Of a DNA stretch of 64,000 bases, positions 38,365 to 47,139 are shown piece by piece. The stretch is from the IMG/VR virus record IMGVR_UViG_3300005201_000009, one strand, 5' to 3'. Numbering within the stretch: the stretch's first letter is position 1; each line of letters starts with the position of its first letter. Source of the DNA: an uncultured virus (IMG/VR IMGVR_UViG_3300005201_000009). Lineage: Duplodnaviria; Heunggongvirae; Uroviricota; Caudoviricetes. The notes beneath the pieces are model-generated. The model saw only the letters and a list, made by a program, of their open reading frames with translations, did not search any database and was not told the origin of the DNA. The position numbers were made by a program, and so were the translations under genes.

Positions 38365-40002
38365 CTAGGCTTCCATACCGCCGGTGACGGTAATTTTGTC
38401 AAGATCGTCAACATACGTCGCCGACCATGCCCGCCCCGCGCGCAGCTCGCGCGGCCCCACTTTCGCGACCGAAAACGCCGGGAACTTCATTGCAATGTTG
38501 CTAATGCGTTTCATTGGCGTAAACAGCCCCAAATTGCCTGACACAATAGCCTGCACTTTCTTGTAGGCGTCCTCATTGGTCAGCTCCGGATCCGTCAACG
38601 TGCCGGAGTCGGTGATAAACTTAGCGCACTGCTGCGCGCTGGTATAGTCGACCAGCTTAGAAATCATCTGTGCGCCGACCGGCGTGCCGTTGATGCTACG
38701 AGCGCTGTCCACGGCGCTCTCTTGCGGCGTGTTATCCGAGATTGTCCGCAGGAAACCGATGTTCTTGGCTCCCAGCGGTTCAATGCCGTCGCGGTCGTTC
38801 TCGTTTACTTCGCTGTTCAGCCACGACGGGAACCCGCACGGTTTAATACGAATACCACGCAAGCGCAGCAAAGAAAGTTTGTTGCCAACATAATGACCGG
38901 AAGCATTACGCTCACGGAACCACTCCGCAAAAATAAGTGCGACAATGTTCACCGGCTCGGAGTGGATAAGCGTCCACGTGTTTTGAACGCAATTCATTAA
39001 AACCAGCGCTCCCCAGTAATACCTCGAGCGATCATTGTCCGCGACAGACAGCATCGCTTCTTTTTCTTCCGCAGATGTTTTATACCGAATCCAACACACG
39101 TCGTTGGGATTGGGCTTTTGATCTACATAGGAAATCTTAACCATGTTGACATAGTAGGACAGCTTGAGATCCTGCTTGCACATGTAGGCCAGCGCCAGCG
39201 AGTAGTCAAAAAACTTTGACGGTATCTCGTAGGCAGTTGTAGGATCAACGCCTTGCTGCACGGAGAGCACGTTAACTTCGATGTCAACACCAAAACTCGC
39301 GCCAAAGCCTGCCAACGGCCCCACTTCCAACTCCGCATCAGCGCCGACAGTATCAGCGGCAATCCCTAGCGGCAAAGTACCGCCGGGCGCCAGCGTTAAC
39401 GGATCCACGATAACAATCGGCCAGTCTTTCACACCGTCGTTATGAATATAGACATCCGCAGCTATTGTCACCGGATCAATGCCGGTATTAACAATCTCAA
39501 TCTGCGCCGTCGCCGCTTCGCCGGCAGTTCCCGGCACCTGTTCCGGCTTACCGTCGTAGGTACCGTCAAACAGCGTTTTAATGTACGATATGAAGTACAG
39601 CTTGTTGAAGGCCTCGGTAATCGGCGCAAACTTGATGCTTACCTCATCGATGTCCCACATGCCGGCGGTGCTCGCGTCGTCAAGGAACACGATGAGATAT
39701 AGGACAACGTCGAAGTTCGTGTCCTGCCGAAATACATCCTGCCACTGATCCAACAGCTTACCCTTCATGTACTTCTTATAATTCTGCAAAGTACAGGTAA
39801 TGACCGCCGGTTTTTCAGCGGACACCCATGCCGGATCGAAATCCAGTATGTTCGCGTCTGCCAGCGACATCGGAATGTAAATTGAAATCGCGTTAAAGAG
39901 CTCGTTCGGCTCGTCGACGATCACGTCTACCGTCGAAGCGAAATTCATGTTATATTCCGCGATCGACCCAGGGTAATTATAATTGATGACTGCACCCTCC
40001 AC
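38365..40002 (-). CDS. Putative tail sheath protein
   Basis: 545 aa before the tube; C-terminus 'WSATYVDDLDKITVTG' resembles sheath ends. Confidence 0.65.
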   Translation of the reverse strand: MEGAVINYNYPGSIAEYNMNFASTVDVIVDEPNELFNAISIYIPMSLADANILDFDPAWVSAEKPAVITCTLQNYKKYMKGKLLDQWQDVFRQDTNFDVVLYLIVFLDDASTAGMWDIDEVSIKFAPITEAFNKLYFISYIKTLFDGTYDGKPEQVPGTAGEAATAQIEIVNTGIDPVTIAADVYIHNDGVKDWPIVIVDPLTLAPGGTLPLGIAADTVGADAELEVGPLAGFGASFGVDIEVNVLSVQQGVDPTTAYEIPSKFFDYSLALAYMCKQDLKLSYYVNMVKISYVDQKPNPNDVCWIRYKTSAEEKEAMLSVADNDRSRYYWGALVLMNCVQNTWTLIHSEPVNIVALIFAEWFRERNASGHYVGNKLSLLRLRGIRIKPCGFPSWLNSEVNENDRDGIEPLGAKNIGFLRTISDNTPQESAVDSARSINGTPVGAQMISKLVDYTSAQQCAKFITDSGTLTDPELTNEDAYKKVQAIVSGNLGLFTPMKRISNIAMKFPAFSVAKVGPRELRAGRAWSATYVDDLDKITVTGGMEA

Positions 40003-40065
40003 CGCACGCCAACTTTTACTCTATCGGCACCCGCTTCGTGCGCGGCGCGTGCCGAAACCAACCAA

Positions 40066-40278
40066 TTATTCTTTCGTATCTCTCAGTAAAGCTGAAATTT
40101 CATTACTACACTGCCGCTCCATTGCTTTAGCGTGCTCATTTTTAATTAACGCCTCTAAAACAGCTCTAGGGCACGATCCGAGTTTCACCGTCGCTACCTT
40201 GTATACGTTCACCAAGCCTGTAGAATCATCGTAGCAGTAAATTTTGCCTTCATGTCTTATGCAGTCTACTATAGGCAT
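40066..40278 (-). CDS. Small protein, paralog 3
   Basis: MPIVDCIRHEGKIYCYDDSTGLVNVYKVATVKLGSCPRAVLEAL; GGAGG RBS. Confidence 0.6.
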   Translation of the reverse strand: MPIVDCIRHEGKIYCYDDSTGLVNVYKVATVKLGSCPRAVLEALIKNEHAKAMERQCSNEISALLRDTKE

Positions 40279-40290
40279 ACTTCACCCTCC

Positions 40291-40824
40291 CTAAGCGGCT
40301 TGTCCCGGCTCCATTGAAATATACTCAAGGGGCTCCCAATCAAGCCGCATGACTTCCTCATACACAATGCTAAAACTCAAATCAAAAGCTATAGTCGTAT
40401 TGCCGACGCCAAAATAGTCAACAGGCATTGGCACAATCGGGCTGATATATTCAAGACTGCGTCCGTTGCACCGCTCCATGAAAAACGTCGCCACACTCTT
40501 GCGCTTCGTCAGATGATGAAACGCTTTAGCCCACATCTCGGCCTCGACGCCCAGAAAGCGCACCGCCACCCGCGCTGTTTTTAACGTCAAGTTCTCATCG
40601 ACCTCGTTATAGTCCTGGGTAAGGCGATCGTCCTCATCAATCCAGAACTGAATCCACGTATCCTGCGTGCCGGGCTTGATGGGGTTTTCAAAGTTGTGCT
40701 GCATCGGCACTACAAAATTAAGACAATTCCGCCACTCTTCCTCGGTAACACCGTCGCGCATGAAGTACATATCGCACAGGAGTCCGCGTACGTTGTCGAA
40801 ATTTACACCGGTGTATTCAATCAT
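40291..40824 (-). CDS. Putative tail terminator/neck protein
   Basis: Size and position before the sheath. Confidence 0.5.
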   Translation of the reverse strand: MIEYTGVNFDNVRGLLCDMYFMRDGVTEEEWRNCLNFVVPMQHNFENPIKPGTQDTWIQFWIDEDDRLTQDYNEVDENLTLKTARVAVRFLGVEAEMWAKAFHHLTKRKSVATFFMERCNGRSLEYISPIVPMPVDYFGVGNTTIAFDLSFSIVYEEVMRLDWEPLEYISMEPGQAA

Positions 40825-41648
40825 GCCGCTTTCCCTCCCAGCTGGACATAGATGCTCAAATCTTTAATGAGCTGTCCTGACGCATAAAACAATTGGTTGG
40901 CGTGCAGTCCGCCCAACTTAGAACGCAGTTGCCTTGTCTGTCTCGACACTTTTGCACCTTCATGCCCGCGCAGCCGCAGTTTCCCCGTGCGTAAGCACAC
41001 CTCAATATCATGGCGAATCTTCGCCGCCAAATGCTTGCAACGATTCCGAACAATTGGTTTCTGCCACACCTTAAAGTCCGAGTATTTTTTATACGCGGCA
41101 AAGCGCTCGTCAGGCGTCCCGTCCGCTTTCTTCGGTAGTTGCATATACATATTATACTGCTCGTTGTTAATATCATCCTGAATAGTTTCCCGGATTTCCT
41201 GAAACTCCCGCGATACCGGGCGCGTTTTAAAAACACACTCAAAATAAGTGTCGACAAAAGGAACGCCGCCGTTATAGGCCTCGCAGAGAAACTCGTAGAG
41301 CATCCTGAATGACCAGCCGGGAGCGCCGTATTCCCCTTGAGCGCCGGGAGCAAGCGGCAGCGCGCTTTTTATCGGGAACTTATTGTTACGGATACCATCA
41401 GAAAACTTATAGGTAATCTGAAACTTCCCTATGTCAAAAAATTGCGGATCAAAAGTATCGCGATTAGTCATACCGATACGGCGCGACATTATCGGACGCG
41501 TAGAAGACGACGCAAAGAAATCAAAATCGGGAGCATCAAGACCGATTCCGTGACGATACTTCTGGTGCAGGCTTTCGCGAGAAAACATTGTTTCCGCTGT
41601 GGTCGGCTTTACAGGCACCGGTTTGTAAAATTGCGTCCATCCCAGCAT
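40821..41648 (-). CDS. Putative neck/tail completion protein
   Basis: Basic C-terminus '...T...R...L...SGQLIKDL' like neck proteins. Confidence 0.5.
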   Translation of the reverse strand: MLGWTQFYKPVPVKPTTAETMFSRESLHQKYRHGIGLDAPDFDFFASSSTRPIMSRRIGMTNRDTFDPQFFDIGKFQITYKFSDGIRNNKFPIKSALPLAPGAQGEYGAPGWSFRMLYEFLCEAYNGGVPFVDTYFECVFKTRPVSREFQEIRETIQDDINNEQYNMYMQLPKKADGTPDERFAAYKKYSDFKVWQKPIVRNRCKHLAAKIRHDIEVCLRTGKLRLRGHEGAKVSRQTRQLRSKLGGLHANQLFYASGQLIKDLSIYVQLGGKAA

Positions 41649-42061
41649 TAGTAATCGCTCCTTATCGTCGTTTCTGCAGCAGGGTTTCGCACCTGCTGGT
41701 CCGTCGGGCCTGCCAGCCTCTGCATTAAAAGCCGGTAAAACCCGCCCTCACAGGAAAAATCCTGATCGTCAACGACGACGAATATTTTCCCTTTTACCTC
41801 AACATAATCGTTCTGCTCGACAACAACATCGTTACTGAGATAATGATCCCGAACCCAAAACGTCGCCTGATGGTTCGGCGTGCGTAAGCCGCCTTGCTCG
41901 TCCATCTTGCTTTGCTTGCGCCATGACCAGTATCCTTCGACCTTCCGCTTGTCGTACCGTTCGTCATAACCGGCGCCCGTACGAGGCTTCATTTTGAAAA
42001 CCTCATAATCCTTTAAATATTCAGGAAATGCTAAAAGCATATCTCCCGACATTATGTCCAT
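41648..42061 (-). CDS. Putative head closure protein
   Basis: 137 aa, beta-rich; position. Confidence 0.5.
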   Translation of the reverse strand: MDIMSGDMLLAFPEYLKDYEVFKMKPRTGAGYDERYDKRKVEGYWSWRKQSKMDEQGGLRTPNHQATFWVRDHYLSNDVVVEQNDYVEVKGKIFVVVDDQDFSCEGGFYRLLMQRLAGPTDQQVRNPAAETTIRSDY

Positions 42062-42366
42062 TACTCAAACTCCCTGCTTTTCTTACCCTTTTTCTTCTTC
42101 CCCGACGCCACGTCTATCACCGGAAGTTTGGGAGCAGAAGAAGTGGGCTTTCGCTCGGGCTTCTTAATCGCCACCGGCTCGCCGGAGATGAAACGCACCT
42201 CTTCGTCATATATACGCGCAAGGCCGTCCCGAGCCATCTTCTCAACGGTAGCGCGAATATCGGCACCCAATACGTAGCACACTTGCGGTATACACCGTAT
42301 CTGCCCGATTACCGCCGAGTATGTCACCGAGAAATACGCTATGGTCGTTTTGTCCCCAAACCTCAT
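42061..42366 (-). CDS. Hypothetical virion-module protein
   Basis: GGAGG RBS; coupled ORF. Confidence 0.55.
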   Translation of the reverse strand: MRFGDKTTIAYFSVTYSAVIGQIRCIPQVCYVLGADIRATVEKMARDGLARIYDEEVRFISGEPVAIKKPERKPTSSAPKLPVIDVASGKKKKGKKSREFE

Positions 42367-42374
42367 ATATCCTC

Positions 42375-42845
42375 CTAAAGCACGCGACAGTTGTGTAGCA
42401 GCGCGCGTTTCGCCGACATCTGAATCATCATCAGCGCCTTACGCCCAAAATCGTTGCTCTGCAAGCGCAGTAGCGGGTTGGCGGTCTCAGCATTGCCGTC
42501 ACCGCGCCGGAACTTCAGCATAACGCCGTCCACTTTCTTTTGCTCAAGCGGCACCCCGTTTAACGAAGTCCAACTCTTTGAAAGCTCCGGGTACTGATCC
42601 GTGATATACCAGCCGATTATCAGCCGGTAGCACCGAGTAGCCTTGTCGTACCAAAGCTGCCTCGGGTGCCAGTCCCACAACGTCGCCACACCCGGAAACA
42701 TTTCATACGCCGCGTTTATCGCGTCCTCGATCACGCTGTCATATTCGGCATTGCGCAATTTCGGAAACGAGTGCAGGCAGTGCCGGCGAAAATCGTGAAC
42801 CGTGATCTTCGCCGGCACGCCGTCAACAAACACGGCGTCAGCCAT
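42375..42845 (-). CDS. Head-tail adaptor (DUF4054-like)
   Basis: 'ITVHDFRR...FP.L', 'L.SNDFGR' pattern. Confidence 0.6.
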   Translation of the reverse strand: MADAVFVDGVPAKITVHDFRRHCLHSFPKLRNAEYDSVIEDAINAAYEMFPGVATLWDWHPRQLWYDKATRCYRLIIGWYITDQYPELSKSWTSLNGVPLEQKKVDGVMLKFRRGDGNAETANPLLRLQSNDFGRKALMMIQMSAKRALLHNCRVL

Positions 42846-43510
42846 TACTTCTTCTCTTTAGGATCCTTTTTCTTTCCGGGATCCTCCTCGGACAGCTTCG
42901 CATACTCCGCATCAAGCGCGTCGCTAAGCGCCTTAACGCCGGCAGCGTCCACTTTTTCATCTGCGGCAAGCGTTTTCAGCTTCGCCAGAGCATCTTCGAC
43001 AAACAGAGTAAGCACCTCATTCGCGTCGGTCAGTTTGGCAATCTGATTCTTCAGATTTTGAAGCGCCTCAGCGTCTGTCGACGCCGATTCCAGCTTACGG
43101 TACTTCTCCTGTGCGTCAAGCAGATCTGCCTTATACTTGGTAATCTCCGCTTTCAGTGCCTTGATTTCCTCGCCGGCCTTGCGGCTTTCCTTGCGTGCCT
43201 CAGCAAGCGCCTCGTGCGGCGTTCTGGCCTCCGGCGGCAAATCCTCATGCAGAATAAGCAACGGCCCAGCCATCGTCTTCTTCGGGTTGTCTTTGTAGTG
43301 CACAAACGTCCTGCTGCGCTCGCAGAGAAGTTTGTACTCCTCCTGAGTCAGCCGCTCGAAACCGGTGGTGATCTGCCGCCCCGACCACTTGTCAGTTGTG
43401 GCGTTGTTGAATTTCTTCTCCAACACCACCCTGCCGGCTTCGTCCTTGGCGGTACACGTTATCGGAGCGTTATGTACGTTCTCGACATAGACATACTTTT
43501 TATCAGCCAT
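42845..43510 (-). CDS. Hypothetical coiled-coil protein following the capsid gene
   Basis: GGAGG RBS; long coiled coil. Confidence 0.6.
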   Translation of the reverse strand: MADKKYVYVENVHNAPITCTAKDEAGRVVLEKKFNNATTDKWSGRQITTGFERLTQEEYKLLCERSRTFVHYKDNPKKTMAGPLLILHEDLPPEARTPHEALAEARKESRKAGEEIKALKAEITKYKADLLDAQEKYRKLESASTDAEALQNLKNQIAKLTDANEVLTLFVEDALAKLKTLAADEKVDAAGVKALSDALDAEYAKLSEEDPGKKKDPKEKK

Positions 43511-45146
43511 TGCCGCCACCTCCGTTTCCATCGTTGCTGCCACCGCCGTTACCACCGTTTCCATCGTTGCTGCCACCGCCCGATCCAACTGTCGTTGTGC
43601 TCGCCGGAGCGTACCGGCTGTTTCTTCCCATGCCGGTCACAACATGCACGGTCTTCCTGATCGGGCAGAGCAGGCTTCCAATCCTCGAAAGAGCCGTCCG
43701 CACAATGCCGTCCCGGTAGCCGGGAGCGGAAGGCAGGATCATGTTCTTAATGGGAACAGGGGCCATAACCAGATCAGAAAGCACGTTGTTTACTTCGAAC
43801 GCCGATTGCAGCGAGGGGAACGTCATAAACATGATGTCCTCGTCGGTCGCGTTGAACGGTGTGTTGGCGTTAAGCATAACGTCCGGGCAAATCTCAAAGG
43901 TCTTCTGCAAGCCTTCCGCAGACTGCGTCGCCAGCGTGCCGACGATTTTATTACCGGCTTCAAACGCCGTGCCGATAATCGACAGCGGGTTGTTCTGGTT
44001 GTACTGCTTGGACAGCATGCTGAACTTGAGCGCCTTGAACAGGTCAGTGCCGCAGTTAATCTTGACCGAAGTCGGCAGGAAATGGAGCTCTTCCATTTTG
44101 TCCGCGATCATGTGGTTAAGCATGAGCAGCAAATCCGCGCCGACGGTATCGTTTGCCGGAGTGCCCGGACCCGCGCCGTCATGTTCCCACAGATATTGCG
44201 CTGTGGGACGGTCGTCGGGGTACTGCGTATAACAGTCGTCACGAATGGCGATCTGCTGCAAGCCGTCAAACCCGGACTCTTCGTGGCCGAAGTAAATCAG
44301 GGTGTTTTTCAGGATTTTCAGCATCAGGTCCGCAAATACGTCCTGATCGCCCAATGTCGTGCCGACCAACCACGCGCCCTGTCCCTGAATCATCTGCTCG
44401 TTCGGCCCTTGGGTCTCGTAATCGACAACCAGATTGATGACTTCGGAGAGCATGGTTCCGACTTTCCGCTTCCCGGCGATCGAGGTGTTAAACTCAAGCC
44501 CGGCGTGCGCGACGTTGGAAACCCGCGCGGCCCCTTCATAAGAAGCGGTGAAAATCTGGATAATGTCGGCCCACATGTTGGGCACGCCCATCTCGGACAC
44601 CAAGCGGTCCGCGTAGCCGGTCAAATACGGCTGCTTGAACACCTTGGGTATCATGCTGATGTTCCAGTACGGCGTCGCCATACCGGACAGCATCGAGTCG
44701 CTGACGCCTTTTACAACCGCTTCCACGATGAACTTCGATTCCTTCGAATCAAAGTACGCAATCTTGGAAATGCTGTCACGCACGGCGGCCTGCGCTTCTT
44801 CAAGGCCCTTGCCCTGCTCGACGAGCTGCGCGACCTTGTTGTTGGCGTACGCCATCACACTGTCGGCGGCGCGGGTGGCCATCGACTGCCGTTTCAGCGT
44901 AGGATCGGCGAGTATTTTGTCCAGAAGCATTCTCTCGGGAACGTCCAGAAAGATCGCGCCGGCCTGCTGGTTGGCCCGTACTTTAAAACCACCGGTCGTG
45001 CCGACTGCGGCGTCTTCATTGCGTCCAATGTGAATAGCGCCGATGCGCCCTTCCTCGAAGTGCTGGGGGAACTGGTTGTATAGCAACTGCTCCCATTTCG
45101 GCTTGAGGGACTCTAAACTTTTCGCAACATTTAATGTCGTACCCAT
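43503..45146 (-). CDS. Major capsid protein (DUF2184-like), Gly-rich C-terminal tail
   Basis: After protease and decoration genes; 'N.LIYFG....GFDGL', 'IGSLLCP...V....GM'. Confidence 0.75.
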   Translation of the reverse strand: MGTTLNVAKSLESLKPKWEQLLYNQFPQHFEEGRIGAIHIGRNEDAAVGTTGGFKVRANQQAGAIFLDVPERMLLDKILADPTLKRQSMATRAADSVMAYANNKVAQLVEQGKGLEEAQAAVRDSISKIAYFDSKESKFIVEAVVKGVSDSMLSGMATPYWNISMIPKVFKQPYLTGYADRLVSEMGVPNMWADIIQIFTASYEGAARVSNVAHAGLEFNTSIAGKRKVGTMLSEVINLVVDYETQGPNEQMIQGQGAWLVGTTLGDQDVFADLMLKILKNTLIYFGHEESGFDGLQQIAIRDDCYTQYPDDRPTAQYLWEHDGAGPGTPANDTVGADLLLMLNHMIADKMEELHFLPTSVKINCGTDLFKALKFSMLSKQYNQNNPLSIIGTAFEAGNKIVGTLATQSAEGLQKTFEICPDVMLNANTPFNATDEDIMFMTFPSLQSAFEVNNVLSDLVMAPVPIKNMILPSAPGYRDGIVRTALSRIGSLLCPIRKTVHVVTGMGRNSRYAPASTTTVGSGGGSNDGNGGNGGGSNDGNGGGGNG

Positions 45147-45155
45147 TTCGCCCTC

Positions 45156-45860
45156 CTATAAATCAAGATTAAAGAAAATCGCTTCGTGCTCTTTTTCAAA
45201 GACAGAAGCAAATCCCGCGAATGTCGCGTCCGTTAAAGTCGGGGCGGCAACGTCCGCTGCCTCGACCACAGCAACAATGGGGAACCCGGAATCGTTGGCT
45301 ATAAACAGCCCCAACCGATCCCCGTCAGCGCCCGCTTTGTACGCAGTAACCCACTCCCTCCATGTTGTGCGCACGGCGGCGGTGTCTCTCGACGCGACGC
45401 CTTGGATGTACTCAAGGTACTCCGCTTCGCCGCCGACCGCTGTCATCGCGTGTTTGTAACCGACCGGCCCCTTGGAGACCATATCACCCCGCGAGTAGTC
45501 GGGAACGCCCCACGGTTTCACAGGATTGCCCGCCTGCCAGCCTTGGTTGAACATCAATACACCGGCCAGAATCGCCTTCGCGGGTTTTTCCGTATGGCAG
45601 AAGCCGGGATGCGTGTCAATACGCGCGATGTTGCGCCAGAGGCCGTTGCCCCACGGCACGGTCTCGTCGTCTTTTAACACGCTTGCCGCACCGATGACCA
45701 TGCGTCCAATCGGCTGCTTCAACGCAGGAACGCGCCCGTCAACATTGCGCATAAGGAAGCCGTTGGTTTTATTAACGCCCTTCCACAATGCTTCCAGATT
45801 GGAAATGTCTAAGGGCATCCCAGGCCCTATTTTCCCCGGATCTAAATCAGGATAAGCCAT
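45156..45860 (-). CDS. Putative capsid decoration/cement protein
   Basis: Between the DUF2213-like gene and the capsid gene. Confidence 0.55.
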   Translation of the reverse strand: MAYPDLDPGKIGPGMPLDISNLEALWKGVNKTNGFLMRNVDGRVPALKQPIGRMVIGAASVLKDDETVPWGNGLWRNIARIDTHPGFCHTEKPAKAILAGVLMFNQGWQAGNPVKPWGVPDYSRGDMVSKGPVGYKHAMTAVGGEAEYLEYIQGVASRDTAAVRTTWREWVTAYKAGADGDRLGLFIANDSGFPIVAVVEAADVAAPTLTDATFAGFASVFEKEHEAIFFNLDL

Positions 45861-45869
45861 ATTTGTTAC

Positions 45870-47072
45870 CTACCTTTGTCCAAAGATTCCTTTGAAAAGA
45901 TACGACGTATCTTCTGTGCTGTCGGCGAGCACGGCGTCTGCTTGCCGCGTGTCAGCGCCTTTTTTGTCATCATCTTTGCCGCCCTCAAGACCAAGAGCTT
46001 TTTTCACCGAAGCGTCGACCATCGCGCTGATGCTGTCGGTGAGTTTCGAAAGAGCGCCGGCGACAGCGGCATCCACAAGCGCCGGAACATCGGCAGCGTC
46101 TTTGGTCTTACCATCGCCGTCTTTCTTGTCACCACCTTTCTTGTCGTCGTCCTTCTTGTCACCACCTTTCTTGTCGTCGTCTTTCTTGCCTTCGTCAAGA
46201 ATACGAGCAACTGCCTCGGCCTGTGCGTCGCAGCATTTGGCATAAAGCTCGTCGAGCTTCGTAGAAATGGCGTCTTTTTTCGCAAGAACTTCAACCGGGT
46301 GCTTAAAGCAGTCCGTTACAGCCCCGATCAAAAGACCGCGCTCATCGCTATCAGCAAAAGGGGTCACATGGCTCATAACGCCTTCAACCTCTTTACTGAT
46401 ACCTGCGGCGTCCAATGTCCCCATTTTAGCAACGCTATCCATAAGGACTTTTGAGAACTTAAAGTTCTCGTCTTTGGCTTTGCCGATCCCGAACACGGAT
46501 AAAAAACCGCTCAGAATTTTCATGTCGTTACCTCCAACCCCTCTCTCGAGTATTTTCAAACTATCTAACACACGGGCGTTACGCCCGGCTCTCGCTATAT
46601 CACACAAGGCCACGTGATTCACCTTGGGTATGTCCAACAGAACCGCGTCATAACCGGCAGCGTTGGCGTCTTGTACCACCCCAATCTTGGTATCATACCC
46701 TGCCGAAATCTCAACCTTGCCGTTCTGGTATTCCTCGTAAGCCTTGCGATCGTAGAAAACAACATCGCCTACTACCCACACCTCGTCATCCACCACGTCA
46801 ATGTCAATGTTGCCTGAGACGAAACCGATAGCGTGGTCTTTCCAGTTATCCGGGGTCACGTCCGCGTTCGGATGATCGTTAACAAACGGCGCGTTGGCGA
46901 ACTTGTCCTTATTCTTAATCAGGACCTCGGGAGGTCGGTACACGACCCCAAACGCCTTGCCGTCTTGCAGCGTTATGCCGTGAGCGGCCAGCTCATGCGC
47001 TGAATATACCTGTTTCCCCGCACGGGCGATTCGGGCTTTTTTGACGGTAATATACGCTTGTTCGTCTTTCAT
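45870..47072 (-). CDS. DUF2213-like prohead protease/scaffold
   Basis: 'RIARAG.Q.Y', 'VYRPPE', 'NDHP', 'EISAGY', 'NHVALC..ARAG'. Confidence 0.85.
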   Translation of the reverse strand: MKDEQAYITVKKARIARAGKQVYSAHELAAHGITLQDGKAFGVVYRPPEVLIKNKDKFANAPFVNDHPNADVTPDNWKDHAIGFVSGNIDIDVVDDEVWVVGDVVFYDRKAYEEYQNGKVEISAGYDTKIGVVQDANAAGYDAVLLDIPKVNHVALCDIARAGRNARVLDSLKILERGVGGNDMKILSGFLSVFGIGKAKDENFKFSKVLMDSVAKMGTLDAAGISKEVEGVMSHVTPFADSDERGLLIGAVTDCFKHPVEVLAKKDAISTKLDELYAKCCDAQAEAVARILDEGKKDDDKKGGDKKDDDKKGGDKKDGDGKTKDAADVPALVDAAVAGALSKLTDSISAMVDASVKKALGLEGGKDDDKKGADTRQADAVLADSTEDTSYLFKGIFGQR

Positions 47073-47080
47073 ATCTGCGC

Positions 47081-47116
47081 CACCGTACCACGGAATTTCC
47101 AAATGTCAAGGGTTTT
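47081..47116 (-). promoter_or_regulatory. Conserved late-module promoter, copy 3
   Basis: AAAACCCTTGACATTTGGAAATTCCGTGGTACGGTG. Confidence 0.7.
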
Positions 47117-47139
47117 GCGATCTTTTTTTGAAAATATTT

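Noticed and set aside
43644..45083. 479-aa + strand ORF antisense to the capsid gene (likewise 47041-48000, 35346-36047, 53682-54392)
   Set aside because: Shadow ORFs expected from codon bias in GC-rich genes; no RBS, no motifs, unnatural composition.
46110..46190. 24-bp repeats encoding KKDDDKKGGD in the DUF2213 gene
   Set aside because: Ordinary low-complexity scaffold linker.
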